A DNA stretch of 64,000 nucleotides from a virus (lineage: Duplodnaviria; Caudoviricetes): positions 1 through 64,000 of IMG/VR virus record IMGVR_UViG_3300020050_016625; one strand, given 5' to 3'. The notes beneath the pieces are model-generated. The model was not told the origin of the DNA. It did not search any database and saw only the letters and a program-made list of their open reading frames with translations. Shown here in pieces: positions 38,619 to 48,993 of the stretch. Position 1 is the first letter of the stretch. Each line of letters starts with the position of its first letter. A program made the position numbers and the translations under genes.

Positions 38619-39496
38619 GTTTTGAATAATTTACAGTTTAAGCCATATAATCCATCACTATTCATGTCAAAATCCTGATACCCTGTATTACAAACCCAAA
38701 GAAAATCGTTATTGTAATAAGGGTCGCTTGTGGACATCGGGTCATAAGGTGCTTCATTCCACATAGATATTATAATCCAGTCTTTTGTTGTCTCTCCTGC
38801 AATAGGCGTTATTGGTAATACTATTTCCTTTTGAATATCTGTTATAGTCCAAATAGGGCAGTCGGTATCGTCAAATATAAGTGTTTTTATAGGAGGAAAC
38901 ATACTACCACTTGGATTTTCCTGCATATACCAACACTCAATATGTTGCCTATAAGCTAAGGAATAAGCATTATCTTCTTTAAACTCCCTTATATCCATAT
39001 AAGAAGAGTTGGTTATTTCTGTATTGTCAATATCGTGCCTTTGCCCACGCCTTACCGTTGCAAATATTTGAGCATGAGTATAACCTGCATTTTCAAATTG
39101 CGCAATTTTATATTGCTTGCCACTTATTCCATTATCTACAATAGGGCTACCGTATAGAGAGCCATCGGGTGTATTGCCTGCGTATAAGTTGCTACAATGA
39201 TTGTATCTTGGAAATGCAGGTTGAAACCTAATATAATCTGTCTCGTATTTCCATTTTATAAGCCTACTTGTATTATTGGAATAAGAATGAATCATATTCC
39301 AAGTATTTCCTATAATTGGGGTTACTAAATTTCCATCTATTGTACTAAATAAACTCACGACATTATCGCCACGCTCAAAAGAACTTTGCCCTAAATCCCT
39401 TACAGCATTTCCCCAAACGGCTTCAATTTGTTCGCCGCAAAATACTGTGTTTATGCAATGCAGATTTTTTAAACCTACTCTTATTGGGTTTGCCAT
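38612..39496 (-). CDS. putative virion (tail-tip) protein
   Basis: coupled to the 613-aa gene. Confidence 0.5.
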   Translation of the reverse strand: MANPIRVGLKNLHCINTVFCGEQIEAVWGNAVRDLGQSSFERGDNVVSLFSTIDGNLVTPIIGNTWNMIHSYSNNTSRLIKWKYETDYIRFQPAFPRYNHCSNLYAGNTPDGSLYGSPIVDNGISGKQYKIAQFENAGYTHAQIFATVRRGQRHDIDNTEITNSSYMDIREFKEDNAYSLAYRQHIECWYMQENPSGSMFPPIKTLIFDDTDCPIWTITDIQKEIVLPITPIAGETTKDWIIISMWNEAPYDPMSTSDPYYNNDFLWVCNTGYQDFDMNSDGLYGLNCKLFKTC

Positions 39497-41337
39497 TATT
39501 TGAATCTTGAATTAATTCCACACCAATTAGTCTCGCACCAACGGCAAGGCAAAATAGGTTCTGGAACTGACATACATTGTATTGTTACTATACCACCTAT
39601 TTTCTTACTTATAGAATAAATCATAAAGTACTTAGCAAGCGATTTATCCACATTTGGCAAAATAGGGGCTAAATTAAAATCGGCTATGAATTTATCGCCT
39701 ACATCTAATGTTATGCCAAATTGGGGAAGTACATTTGCAGATAGTCTAATATGTGATAACATTACCCACTTCCATAAATAGGCATTTATTTGCTCCACTA
39801 TTAAATCTGAAACACCTAACTTATAATAAGGCAAAGTTACTTTATATACATTAGCTTTTGTAGATATGAAATATTCTGCCGCAAATGATTCAATCGGCTT
39901 ACCTACACTTTCTGTAAATTCATTCGTACCGTAATAAAGCTCCATGCTATTAAAAGGTTGCGTACCACTTACAGTATGAGAACCTTCCACTTTTGCGCCT
40001 ATACTACCCACGTGATTGCTGCCTATTCTTTGTAAAAGTTGTGATTCATTATAATACCAATTTGTATTTATTGAAATCCTACCTTGTGTATCGAAAGTTA
40101 ATTGGCAGCCTATATGGTCTAATACCTTTTGTGCTATATTTTTTACCTGCAATGGTTTTTCATTAGAGCCATATCTAAATTTTTCATTAGATTTATTCCA
40201 TTCATTTATATATAGTTTTACAAATGAAAAACTTTCTTCTAATTCGAGAAATCTATCATAATCAATTGGCAATGCAGGGTCTAAAACAGATACAGCACTA
40301 TTATTCCATGTATTCGTGTAAGACCGTATAATCATATCTAAAACAATAGAAATAGGATTACCCTTTACTGTGAATGATAAGTAGAAATCAACTGTTTTAT
40401 TCCTTATATCTGTGAATGGATTAGGCTCTTGCGGATTAGTTACATAGACAATTATTTTATCAACACCTATTTCATCTTGATAAGCTAATGGAATATCAAT
40501 ATCTAAATAGCCACTCGCTAAAATAGGCGCATGTACTATTTTTATTGACTTAAAAACGGGCGTTGTAAGTGTTACGGTGTAATGATTATCCCATTTTAAG
40601 GTATATTTACCAAGTTTTGCGTTTTTTGTTGTATTTAGGTTTACGCTATAAATATCCACAGCATTATCCTTTGCATCAACTAATGCTTTTAATGTTGCTT
40701 GCTCATTAAAATATAATACAGGGTGATAATAGGTAATGTTTTGAAAAGGTGTTGATACGCCTATATAGCTATTATTTGTTTCTGTAATAATACCAGAACC
40801 ATAATCGCTATAAGCATGAGTTCCATATTGATTTGTACATAACTCCTTATCAATCATATCCCACAAAGACGATTCAATATCGTATGTAACCGTATCAAAT
40901 GTTTCAGTTGGTGTAAGATTTACTTTGCCTGTATAAATAGGAATATCAGGCACATTTTGCGTTTTTGCGTAAATCTCAAAAAGCATACTGCTTATATCTG
41001 TGATACCTGCACCCTGCCCTACAAACTGCCAAAAGTCGCCGTATATCTTTTTTAATTGTATCTTAACTGCGCCGTATTGTGTACTTATAGCCTCGCCATT
41101 AAATGTGGGTAATTCAGGAATAGTCTTATTGATAACTATACTTTCATTATTCACAGCATTTGAAACATCAAAACAATGATTTTCTGTTTCGCTTGTGTCG
41201 TAAGTAAAAATACCACCTACTACACTTGTTATTTTGTAACCCTTTGCATATAGCAATACCTTTGCGCTAATACGTGCTGTATTGTGCTTATTTAGTGCAT
41301 CTATGATTGCTTGTGTAGTATTTAATATATGTGGCAT
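39496..41337 (-). CDS. putative tail hub/Tal-like protein
   Basis: PIYTGKV, GNPISIVLDMI, LTFDTQGRISI, LDVGDKF, typical hub patterns. Confidence 0.6.
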   Translation of the reverse strand: MPHILNTTQAIIDALNKHNTARISAKVLLYAKGYKITSVVGGIFTYDTSETENHCFDVSNAVNNESIVINKTIPELPTFNGEAISTQYGAVKIQLKKIYGDFWQFVGQGAGITDISSMLFEIYAKTQNVPDIPIYTGKVNLTPTETFDTVTYDIESSLWDMIDKELCTNQYGTHAYSDYGSGIITETNNSYIGVSTPFQNITYYHPVLYFNEQATLKALVDAKDNAVDIYSVNLNTTKNAKLGKYTLKWDNHYTVTLTTPVFKSIKIVHAPILASGYLDIDIPLAYQDEIGVDKIIVYVTNPQEPNPFTDIRNKTVDFYLSFTVKGNPISIVLDMIIRSYTNTWNNSAVSVLDPALPIDYDRFLELEESFSFVKLYINEWNKSNEKFRYGSNEKPLQVKNIAQKVLDHIGCQLTFDTQGRISINTNWYYNESQLLQRIGSNHVGSIGAKVEGSHTVSGTQPFNSMELYYGTNEFTESVGKPIESFAAEYFISTKANVYKVTLPYYKLGVSDLIVEQINAYLWKWVMLSHIRLSANVLPQFGITLDVGDKFIADFNLAPILPNVDKSLAKYFMIYSISKKIGGIVTIQCMSVPEPILPCRWCETNWCGINSRFK

Positions 41338-41473
41338 TTAAGGCTATTTAAGTGCAAAAATAGCTGTGTAGTACGTAGTTTGTTTTTTTATGTAAAAATT
41401 GTAAACAAAATTTAGGCTTAAAGGTTAATACAATATAATTTTATACAATTCTCACTTTTGATTATGAAAAAAA

Positions 41474-41956
41474 ATGATTAATTCTACACTTGATACAACA
41501 AAAACAAAGGCTGCTGGCATAATGCAAAGCCTTGTAAATAATGTACCTAATTTAGCTTTATGGGTAGGTTTTGCATGTTTCTTAGTATTTGGTATATTTG
41601 AAATGATATACTATTTTAGCGCATTTCACGAAGGTTTAAATTGGTTTTTAAGCGTATCGTTGTGCATTATTGTAGCCTTTATTATTGAAGCAGGGCGTGT
41701 AGTGCTTTTGCTTGCGACAATGGCAGATACAAGCAAGGTTTCAAAGGATAAAAAAATAGCTGCTATAATTCCTGTTGCAGGTCTTTTATTGACTGCATGG
41801 TTGGTAGCTTACCAGTATAATTCAATTGATTTAATGGCACAAATGTGGGCGAATAAGCCTAACTTTGTAAAGACGTTGAAACACTTACTATATTTCTTAA
41901 ACTTATTTTCTTTGTTACTTGAAATTAGGATAGCATTTGTTTTAGTAAGAATGTAA
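41474..41956 (+). CDS. 4-TM membrane protein
   Basis: four hydrophobic segments. Confidence 0.7.
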   Translation: MINSTLDTTKTKAAGIMQSLVNNVPNLALWVGFACFLVFGIFEMIYYFSAFHEGLNWFLSVSLCIIVAFIIEAGRVVLLLATMADTSKVSKDKKIAAIIPVAGLLLTAWLVAYQYNSIDLMAQMWANKPNFVKTLKHLLYFLNLFSLLLEIRIAFVLVRM

Positions 41957-41978
41957 ACATATTGTCTTGCTTTTTGTT

Positions 41979-42014
41979 AATGCTTAGTGTGGTATTCACA
42001 TTAAGCATTTTTTT
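41979..42014 (+). terminator. intrinsic terminator
   Basis: AATGCTTAGTGTG..CACATTAAGCATT plus T-run. Confidence 0.7.
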
Positions 42015-42245
42015 ATGAAAATAAAAACAAACTTTGGTGTAATGAAAATTAAGGCTGTTAGTTTGCCTAATATACGCCTTATTATAAAGCGTAATAAAGG
42101 TAAGACAAATGTAGTAATAGCGCAAAGAAAGCCTTTATTTTACCTGTATAAAGATAAATCAAAGAAGGGTAAGGATAGAATAAAAGTGCAAATATCTTAC
42201 AATCCTATTTACGGCATTTCAAAATTATTGAATTTATTTCAATGA
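42015..42245 (+). CDS. basic hypothetical protein
   Basis: ORF. Confidence 0.5.
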   Translation: MKIKTNFGVMKIKAVSLPNIRLIIKRNKGKTNVVIAQRKPLFYLYKDKSKKGKDRIKVQISYNPIYGISKLLNLFQ

Positions 42246-42279
42246 GAAATCTAAGCAAAAACATATTAAACAATAATAT

Positions 42280-42534
42280 ATGCTCACTACAATCAAACAT
42301 TTTATCGAAGGCTTTTTCGCTACGTTAGGCGAAAAAGAAAAGCCTGTTGCAAAAGAAGACAATGCTATAAAGGAGTGTTGCAAAATAGCTATCAATAAGG
42401 CTATTAAGAACAAAGAACACCAAGATATTTTCGCTAATAACCCAAACAAGACAATAATCGTTTCTGCTTATTGTGAGGCATGTAATTCTACACTCAATAT
42501 TGCCGTAAAATGCAAATCAACAAATAATTCTTAA
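42280..42534 (+). CDS. small Cys-containing protein
   Basis: CC..CEAC. Confidence 0.6.
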   Translation: MLTTIKHFIEGFFATLGEKEKPVAKEDNAIKECCKIAINKAIKNKEHQDIFANNPNKTIIVSAYCEACNSTLNIAVKCKSTNNS

Positions 42535-42577
42535 TATAACTATTTACATCACAAAGTGGATTTTAGTACATGGTTTC

Positions 42578-42859
42578 ATGGAAGTAGAAATAGGAAATAA
42601 TTTCCAAGATAAAGGAAATTATTGTTTCGGGTCAGTTGCAAAAGGTTTCGTAGATGCGCCTTACTTCAAAAATATAGATGCTTTTGAAAATAAGTTAGCT
42701 GCAATAGGCGACTGCGAAACACGCCTTATTAAAAAAATAAATGCGATTGAAAAAAAAGCACAAAAGTTTCAAAGTGATTCAAAGGAATACATTAAATATC
42801 AAAAGGCTATAAAAACATGGCTAAATAAAATTGACAAAGTAAAGGCACTTGCTAAATAA
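42578..42859 (+). CDS. hypothetical protein
   Basis: ORF. Confidence 0.6.
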   Translation: MEVEIGNNFQDKGNYCFGSVAKGFVDAPYFKNIDAFENKLAAIGDCETRLIKKINAIEKKAQKFQSDSKEYIKYQKAIKTWLNKIDKVKALAK

Positions 42860-42889
42860 TTCTATATATTTGCCAAAAAAAACAAAGTT

Positions 42890-43234
42890 ATGGCATTTTC
42901 AACAAAAAGAGATGGCGTAAAAATAACGATTGAATTAAATGAATCTCTTTCAATGGAGTTTGAAGGTGGTGCTTGCTACGTTTATGTAGATGATGTTTGG
43001 ATTTATTTGGGATTTGATATTTATTCTATAATAGATATTCAGACTATAATCAACCAAATCATTTGCAGTAAAAAACCAAGTAAGCTATTTGGTGATTTAC
43101 TTGAATTATCAAGAATAAAAATAAAAGAAGGCAGAAAGTTAGAAATAAAGGCTTTAAATACTGCAATAGGTATAGCAAAAATAATATACTCTTATTATCA
43201 CGATACACCAACTAAACAAGCTAATGATAAATAA
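42890..43234 (+). CDS. hypothetical protein
   Basis: ORF after a TATATTTG box. Confidence 0.65.
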   Translation: MAFSTKRDGVKITIELNESLSMEFEGGACYVYVDDVWIYLGFDIYSIIDIQTIINQIICSKKPSKLFGDLLELSRIKIKEGRKLEIKALNTAIGIAKIIYSYYHDTPTKQANDK

Positions 43235-43682
43235 AGCGGAAAATTTGACCATTTTAGGCTATATCACTTATTCACTTGCAAATTATAGTATGTTGAATAA
43301 AAGTGGGATAAATCTTATAAACACAAGTAACGCAAGTGAGTTAGGAAGTCTATTCGATAAGCGTTATTTACGTATCTATTTTGCTAAAATAAACAAGTAT
43401 GCAGAAATGTATATAGAATCAGGCATGCCAAAAGATATGTATTGCGACACTAATGTAAATTTGTGCGCAAAATTAGCACGTAGCACATTATTTCTATTAT
43501 CTAAACATTCTATGCTATCTGAAAAAACAATGAAAATATTGATAAAATTACAAGATTCAAAGGATAGTAATATAATATTTGATTTGCTTACTAAGGACGA
43601 GTATGAAAATATTTTTGCATCACATTTTACGATTGAAATAAGAGAAATTATTGAGGATAGAAAAAATATCGAAAAAAGTTAA
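43224..43682 (+). CDS. hypothetical protein
   Basis: coupled ORF. Confidence 0.65.
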   Translation: MINKAENLTILGYITYSLANYSMLNKSGINLINTSNASELGSLFDKRYLRIYFAKINKYAEMYIESGMPKDMYCDTNVNLCAKLARSTLFLLSKHSMLSEKTMKILIKLQDSKDSNIIFDLLTKDEYENIFASHFTIEIREIIEDRKNIEKS

Positions 43683-43704
43683 ACCTTTTGAGTTATATTA
43701 CGTT
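43682..43704 (+). promoter_or_regulatory. ECF-type promoter AAC-N16-CGTT
   Basis: AACCTTTTGAGTTATATTACGTT. Confidence 0.6.
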
Positions 43705-43985
43705 AAATATATTATATTCGGGCTGCTAACGGGTTTTAATCCAAACGCTCGCCTTCTTCTATCATAGATTTTTCCACATTATTACCAATAACTATATGCA
43801 ACAAACAAGAGCTGCACCGTAGTATAAAAAAATATCTCTTACAAGACCACGTGTTAAAAGTTGTGGCAACAAATAGAATCAGGCTATTAGCAAGTGCCTT
43901 TAAGTAGTAAAATAAACGCCCACAGAAGCGAAATTTTGTGTAGAAACTAATGTAGATAAATAACTTTACTATTCATATTATATAT

Positions 43986-44020
43986 AAAACGCTACATTTT
44001 ACAAATTGTAGCGTTTTTTT
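43986..44020 (+). terminator. intrinsic terminator
   Basis: AAAACGCTACA..TGTAGCGTTTTTTT. Confidence 0.8.
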
Positions 44021-44051
44021 ATTTGTAAAATTGTAAACAATTTTCATATTT

Positions 44052-44318
44052 TTGTGTTATATGAATATGGGAAAGAATAAAAAACAATTTAAGCAGGTTT
44101 TCTATTTTGGCAAGTTGAAGACTATAAAAATTGCGCCAAAGTGTAAGTGTTGTAATAGGATAGACGTGAGTACGAATTTATATAAAACCATTGTCGATAA
44201 AATAGCAAAGTATGATGTTTTAATAAAAGAAGCGCAAAATGCAGGTAATAAAGAGGCTGCGCAAAACGCTTTTGAGAAATTTAAGTTGTTGGCTGAAATG
44301 GTAGAATGGGATTTTTAG
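44052..44318 (+). CDS. hypothetical protein
   Basis: ORF with CKCC. Confidence 0.55.
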   Translation: MCYMNMGKNKKQFKQVFYFGKLKTIKIAPKCKCCNRIDVSTNLYKTIVDKIAKYDVLIKEAQNAGNKEAAQNAFEKFKLLAEMVEWDF

Positions 44319-44477
44319 TGCTTCAAATAAATGAAATACAATCAAAATAGCATGTACTTTTGTCAATAGACCATAATTCTATTGATATACAATTTGTAAA
44401 ACAAATCATTTTGGCGCAACTCAAAAAAGAGTATGAAACAAAAGTAGAAATTGTGGAAAATATTTACAAGTAAGCAC

Positions 44478-44500
44478 AACCTTTTAAATTCACAGCCGTA
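44478..44500 (+). promoter_or_regulatory. ECF-type promoter AAC-N16-CGTA
   Basis: AACCTTTTAAATTCACAGCCGTA. Confidence 0.65.
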
Positions 44501-44532
44501 TAAGTATCTATTATCATTAATCAAATTTTATT

Positions 44533-44835
44533 ATGACTTACGACCAATTTCAAGAAAAACTGCAAAAGGCTGCAAACGGAGAAGCCTTACAAGATGAGTT
44601 AAATGAGTTGTGGGATTATCAATCTGTAAACAAAGTGGAATTAAACGCAGACGAGTTAGCTTTGATTATGCCTGTAATACCAACACGTAGCGAAACAGTA
44701 CACTTACAAATGATTGGTAGGGGTTTGCGAAAACAAAGCAATGGCAGCAGTAATGTAGAAGTTATTTCAGTAATTAGTTTACCGAAATTAGAATCTTTTT
44801 CCGATTCAAAATTTGAAAAATGCGAAAAATTGTAA
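44533..44835 (+). CDS. small protein containing an SF2-helicase motif VI-like peptide
   Basis: PTRSETVHLQMIGRGLR. Confidence 0.65.
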   Translation: MTYDQFQEKLQKAANGEALQDELNELWDYQSVNKVELNADELALIMPVIPTRSETVHLQMIGRGLRKQSNGSSNVEVISVISLPKLESFSDSKFEKCEKL

Positions 44836-44840
44836 CAATC

Positions 44841-44870
44841 AAAAAAGCAAGCTAAATAGCTTGCTTTTTT
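44841..44870 (+). terminator. intrinsic terminator
   Basis: AAAAAAGCAAGCTA/TAGCTTGCTTTTTT. Confidence 0.8.
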
Positions 44871-44926
44871 GCTACATAAACATGTAGTTATCGAAATAAT
44901 CAAAACTTTCTCAAAATACAGTCGTT
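44871..44926 (+). promoter_or_regulatory. operator plus ECF-type promoter
   Basis: GCTACATAAACATGTAGTT; AAC(44904)-N16-CGTT(44923). Confidence 0.65.
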
Positions 44927-44956
44927 TAAATCAATATTACAATTAATCAATTTATT

Positions 44957-45373
44957 ATGTCATACACTTATTTTACACCGATAAATGCAGATGATATACT
45001 CGCAGATTCTATGCAAGCGACTGCACAACAAAAGGTAGTTGATTTATACGCAACTACAAGCGATATGTACACTATTGAAAACGGTATAGTTTACGCAATA
45101 GGAGATGATAGCGAAACGCAATTTTTGGGTACAGATAGTTATCTTTATTTCAAAAGAGACAATACTATCATAAAAACAGAGGAGCAGGTGATAGACGAGG
45201 AGACAATGCAAGTAATTGATACACTTGCATACTTCAAAGAATTAAGCGAAATAAAAAATAACGACATAATAAAACCTATTATGCAGGTAATAGTTACTAA
45301 AACCCTAAAACAACTACCTACATTTAGTATAGATACGTTTATTGAGGGTTTTGTTTGTATTGTAATGCCTTAA
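44957..45373 (+). CDS. acidic hypothetical protein
   Basis: ORF between promoter and terminator. Confidence 0.7.
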   Translation: MSYTYFTPINADDILADSMQATAQQKVVDLYATTSDMYTIENGIVYAIGDDSETQFLGTDSYLYFKRDNTIIKTEEQVIDEETMQVIDTLAYFKELSEIKNNDIIKPIMQVIVTKTLKQLPTFSIDTFIEGFVCIVMP

Positions 45374-45385
45374 AACAAGTGCAAG

Positions 45386-45422
45386 AAAAAGCCCGTTAAA
45401 ATTGACTTTAACGGGCTTTTTT
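45386..45422. terminator. bidirectional intrinsic terminator
   Basis: AAAAAGCCCGTTAAA..TTTAACGGGCTTTTT. Confidence 0.85.
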
Positions 45423-48400
45423 TATTTAATCCTTTGTTGCGTAAACGCCTGTTGCTGTATTGTATTCAAAACTATGCCATCTATACCTGTATTTTGAATG
45501 ATAACAGTCATTTGGGTATTAATTACGGGTTCACTACCGCTAATGCCACCAAGCCCCATTGGGCTATTATTTGTTGCGCCTACATTCCCACTTGAAAGTG
45601 TTTGGTTTGCATTTGGCGTACTACTCGTACTACTTTTTGGGCTATTATTTGTTGCGCCTACATTCCCACTTGAAAGTGTTTGGTTTGCATTTGGCGTACT
45701 ACTCGTACTACTTTTTGACTTATTACCTACACTACCTAATAGACTACCAGCAAGACCGCTCGCCCCTAATAAAGCCAAACCACCTACTAATAATGGTATC
45801 ATAACGGGCAATGATGCAGGAAAAGTAGCTATGTTTGCAGGAGAAAATGCAGCCTGTACCAATCCCATTCCTATAACCTTTGGTATTTCTACTAAGATAG
45901 TTTTACCTAATGAAATTAACGCCTGTTCTAATACATCTTCAAAAGAAGCAACACCCATAATCATATCGCCTATACCTTTGCTAAACATTTCTGCTGTCTG
46001 CCCTAATCCTTGCCCTAATGATTGAAATGCTTGGTTCTTAATTTCCTTAAATGTTTCAGTCAATGTCTCCGCAGCATCAATAGATTGTATTTTGGTTGCG
46101 CCCATTGCCTCAAAAAATGCAGATAAAGAAGCCGTACTGCTTGTTATTGAATTATTGACTGCATCAAAACTTCCCACAATATCTGTACCTATATTTGGAA
46201 TAGAGGGGATTGTGAAATCTGTATCATTTGAAGGCATAAGACTTTGTGGCGCAATAGTCTTACCTACTACTTGACTACCTATTGTTTCCCCAAAACTTAC
46301 GCCCTCAAAAGATTTTTCAAAAGATTTTATTTGGTTCTCTAAACTACTAACATCTAATTTTAATTTAAGATTAGTTTCAATATCACTGCTTGCTTTTAAT
46401 TCAGATAACTGCTTTTTAAGTTCCGTTAATTTATCTAATTCAGGCTGTGATAGAATTTTAACTATATTACCCTTTGCAACATTTTCAAAAATAGTAACTA
46501 TATCTTTTGCTTTATTTTCAGATTCTTTTAGCGATGTGATATAAATTTGAAGGTTTTTTAAATGTTCAAAATCTGCGCCTGTTTGTGGTGTATCTAATTC
46601 ATTAATCTTTTTTTGAACTTCTGAAATTTCATTACCTAATCCTGTAATAGAATTAAATGCAGGTACATTGCCTAATTCTATGTTAAGTAATTTTATTTGA
46701 TTATTAAGCAATTCTATTTCATAGCGTACATTTGCAGTTTCCGCACTTCCTAATGATTGTTTTTGAAGTTTCTCATTTAATACAGAAAGTTCAAAATTAT
46801 AAGATTCTAAACTTTTAGGATTAAATTCTAAACGCTTAATATTATTTTGAAACTCTTTTATTTGAGCATTTAAGGATACACTTTGCATTACAAGCGAAGG
46901 AATTAAGCCGCTATTTGGTGCTTGCTTATTGATTTGATTATTAATAATCTGTATTTGAAAATTCAAATCATTAATACTACCTTTTACGTTCTCAAATGCC
47001 TTAATCCTATTTTGAAGTGCCTCAATTTCATCTTTAAATTTAACAACCCCTTGCGCTAATTTATCAAAAGTACTACTACTTGCACTGGTTTCACGTAATT
47101 TAGATTCCATTTGCGACAAACGTAGCTGCAAACCTTCTAAACTATTACTATTTGTGGACATTAAAGCAAGCCTATCATTTATAGCCTTTAATTGCTTTTC
47201 AAGTGCAATAGATTCTTTTGCAACTGCCGCAAATGCGCCGCTACCTGCGCCAACTTTATTTAGCCTGTCTTTTGCATCTGTTAAACTTTGTGAAATAGCC
47301 CCTATACTACCTGCTGCAAATTCTGCGGCAGGTGGTATTTTAGTAGCAGCAGTTGTAACAGCATCTCCAACAAAACCCCATGTATCTAATACAGCTTTAC
47401 CCTCCGCAGAAAGTTGCGATAAATCCGTTTCAGTTAATGTAGTTAAGCCTCTTTCAAGTTGTGTATAAGACTCCTCTACTTTTCTATAATTATCATTTAT
47501 TTCTTGCGTTTTTTTCTCAACCTTACCTAAACCCTGTAATACATCTACCCCCATTGTAAGGATAGGAAAATTTGCATACATAGTTGATTTTATCGCAGTG
47601 CTGTAAGGCGATGTATTGTCTTGCGTGCCTGCCTTAGCTTTACTTTTCTCTTTTTCAGAAGCCGTTTCAAGCAAATCAAAACTCTTAACAACAACCTTTA
47701 CACCTGCCGCTAAATTAGAAAAACTTTCTGCAACTCCATTTACCCAATTCTTAAATCCATCTGTTTGTGTTAGTTGTACAATACCATTGATTAAATCGGT
47801 AATAGTAATTACAACTTCTTTTGCTAATGGTAATAACGCTTGACCTAATTGCGCCCCTAAAATCTGAAAACTATCCTGCATTGAAGACCATAAACCTTCA
47901 AATGTATTTGATTGTGTTTTCATCATTTCAAAGAATTTACCACCGCTACTTGTCATATTAATTAAAGCAGCATCTATTTCTTTAAAACCTATTTTACCTG
48001 CACTTGCAAGTTTCTTTATTTCTGCTTCTGGCTTACCTAATACCTTCGCAAGCTCCTCGATAATTGGTACACCTGCATTAATAAATTGAGATAAATCGCC
48101 AGCCATTGCTTTGCCTTGCGCCTTAATTTGCCCATACGCATAAACAATTGAAGGTAATTTTTCCCTACCTACACCTGCCGCAACGTCCCCTATCCTACTT
48201 AAACGATTAGTTACATCGTCAATAGGTATCCCCATTGCAAGTAACTTTGTCCCCTGTTCCGCAACATCATCAAAATTAAAAGGGCTTGTACTTGCAAGCG
48301 TTTGAAACTGTTGAAATAATTTACCACCTGCGGCTGTACTGCCTGTAATTACATCTAAACTTGCACGTAAACTCTCAAATTGCGCTGCACTATTTATTGC

Positions 48401-48940
48401 AAATTTCCCTACATCGAATATTGCTTTTCCGATTTGGGCCGCCCCTGCTACGATTGCGCCACCTGTAACAGCACCTAACAACATGCCTTTAAAGTCTGTT
48501 GCTTCTCTAATTGCACCACCAAAAGCACCTTTTAACTTTTCCGTAAAAGACTCTTTTGAGACTGCACCCATTTCTACCCTTAAATCTTTAAGGCGTTCTC
48601 TTACCTTTATTATATAGGTAGCATCGCCACCCGAAAATTGTTTTTGTAATTTAGTCAATTCTTTTTGTAACTCCCCTACATTTGCAGTCGCTAAACTGAA
48701 TGATTTTGTAGGTATGGGGCTTTCAGGGATTTTAGGCATTTTAATTCCTGAAAATCCCTTATTTAGGTCGCCTACTAACTTATTGATATTTTTAAGCATT
48801 TCTGCCTGATTCCCTAATGACAAATCAGGAATTTTAATAGATGCAAATGCACTATTTGTAGCAGACACTAATTTTGATGTTTGGGCTATCCAAGCATCAA
48901 CCCCTGTCATCTGCACGCTAAATAATATATCTTCTGCCAT
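45422..48940 (-). CDS. tail tape measure protein
   Basis: tape-measure domain (SPFNFDDV..RIGDVAAGVG..AYGQIKAQGK..NAGVPIIEELAK), helical, follows the chaperone genes. Confidence 0.92.
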   Translation of the reverse strand: MAEDILFSVQMTGVDAWIAQTSKLVSATNSAFASIKIPDLSLGNQAEMLKNINKLVGDLNKGFSGIKMPKIPESPIPTKSFSLATANVGELQKELTKLQKQFSGGDATYIIKVRERLKDLRVEMGAVSKESFTEKLKGAFGGAIREATDFKGMLLGAVTGGAIVAGAAQIGKAIFDVGKFAINSAAQFESLRASLDVITGSTAAGGKLFQQFQTLASTSPFNFDDVAEQGTKLLAMGIPIDDVTNRLSRIGDVAAGVGREKLPSIVYAYGQIKAQGKAMAGDLSQFINAGVPIIEELAKVLGKPEAEIKKLASAGKIGFKEIDAALINMTSSGGKFFEMMKTQSNTFEGLWSSMQDSFQILGAQLGQALLPLAKEVVITITDLINGIVQLTQTDGFKNWVNGVAESFSNLAAGVKVVVKSFDLLETASEKEKSKAKAGTQDNTSPYSTAIKSTMYANFPILTMGVDVLQGLGKVEKKTQEINDNYRKVEESYTQLERGLTTLTETDLSQLSAEGKAVLDTWGFVGDAVTTAATKIPPAAEFAAGSIGAISQSLTDAKDRLNKVGAGSGAFAAVAKESIALEKQLKAINDRLALMSTNSNSLEGLQLRLSQMESKLRETSASSSTFDKLAQGVVKFKDEIEALQNRIKAFENVKGSINDLNFQIQIINNQINKQAPNSGLIPSLVMQSVSLNAQIKEFQNNIKRLEFNPKSLESYNFELSVLNEKLQKQSLGSAETANVRYEIELLNNQIKLLNIELGNVPAFNSITGLGNEISEVQKKINELDTPQTGADFEHLKNLQIYITSLKESENKAKDIVTIFENVAKGNIVKILSQPELDKLTELKKQLSELKASSDIETNLKLKLDVSSLENQIKSFEKSFEGVSFGETIGSQVVGKTIAPQSLMPSNDTDFTIPSIPNIGTDIVGSFDAVNNSITSSTASLSAFFEAMGATKIQSIDAAETLTETFKEIKNQAFQSLGQGLGQTAEMFSKGIGDMIMGVASFEDVLEQALISLGKTILVEIPKVIGMGLVQAAFSPANIATFPASLPVMIPLLVGGLALLGASGLAGSLLGSVGNKSKSSTSSTPNANQTLSSGNVGATNNSPKSSTSSTPNANQTLSSGNVGATNNSPMGLGGISGSEPVINTQMTVIIQNTGIDGIVLNTIQQQAFTQQRIK
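45559..45717. repeat. perfect 78-bp tandem duplication in the tape measure 3' end
   Basis: two identical copies encoding KSSTSSTPNANQTLSSGNVGATNNSP. Confidence 0.9.
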
Positions 48941-48954
48941 AATACTCTTTCATT

Positions 48955-48988
48955 AAAAAAGGGAAAAGACTATTATATCTTTCCCCTT
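48955..48988 (-). terminator. terminator-like hairpin between chaperone and tape measure genes
   Basis: AAGGGGAAAGA..TCTTTTCCCTT plus T-run on the minus strand. Confidence 0.55.
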
Positions 48989-48993
48989 ATATA

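Noticed and set aside
43719-43990. tmRNA-like start (GGGCTGCTAACGGGTTTT) and a short frame ending AAP
   Set aside because: No T-arm or acceptor 3' end and no proper tag; kept only as a generic ncRNA candidate.
41391-44044. TGTAAAA(A)TTGTAAACAA at about 41391 and 44024 as a third operator
   Set aside because: Only two very AT-rich copies; cannot be separated from chance by eye.
44318-44473. Frame interrupted by a single TAG, suggesting stop-codon reassignment
   Set aside because: Long conserved genes are intact in code 11 and several end at TAG directly before terminators or promoter cassettes.
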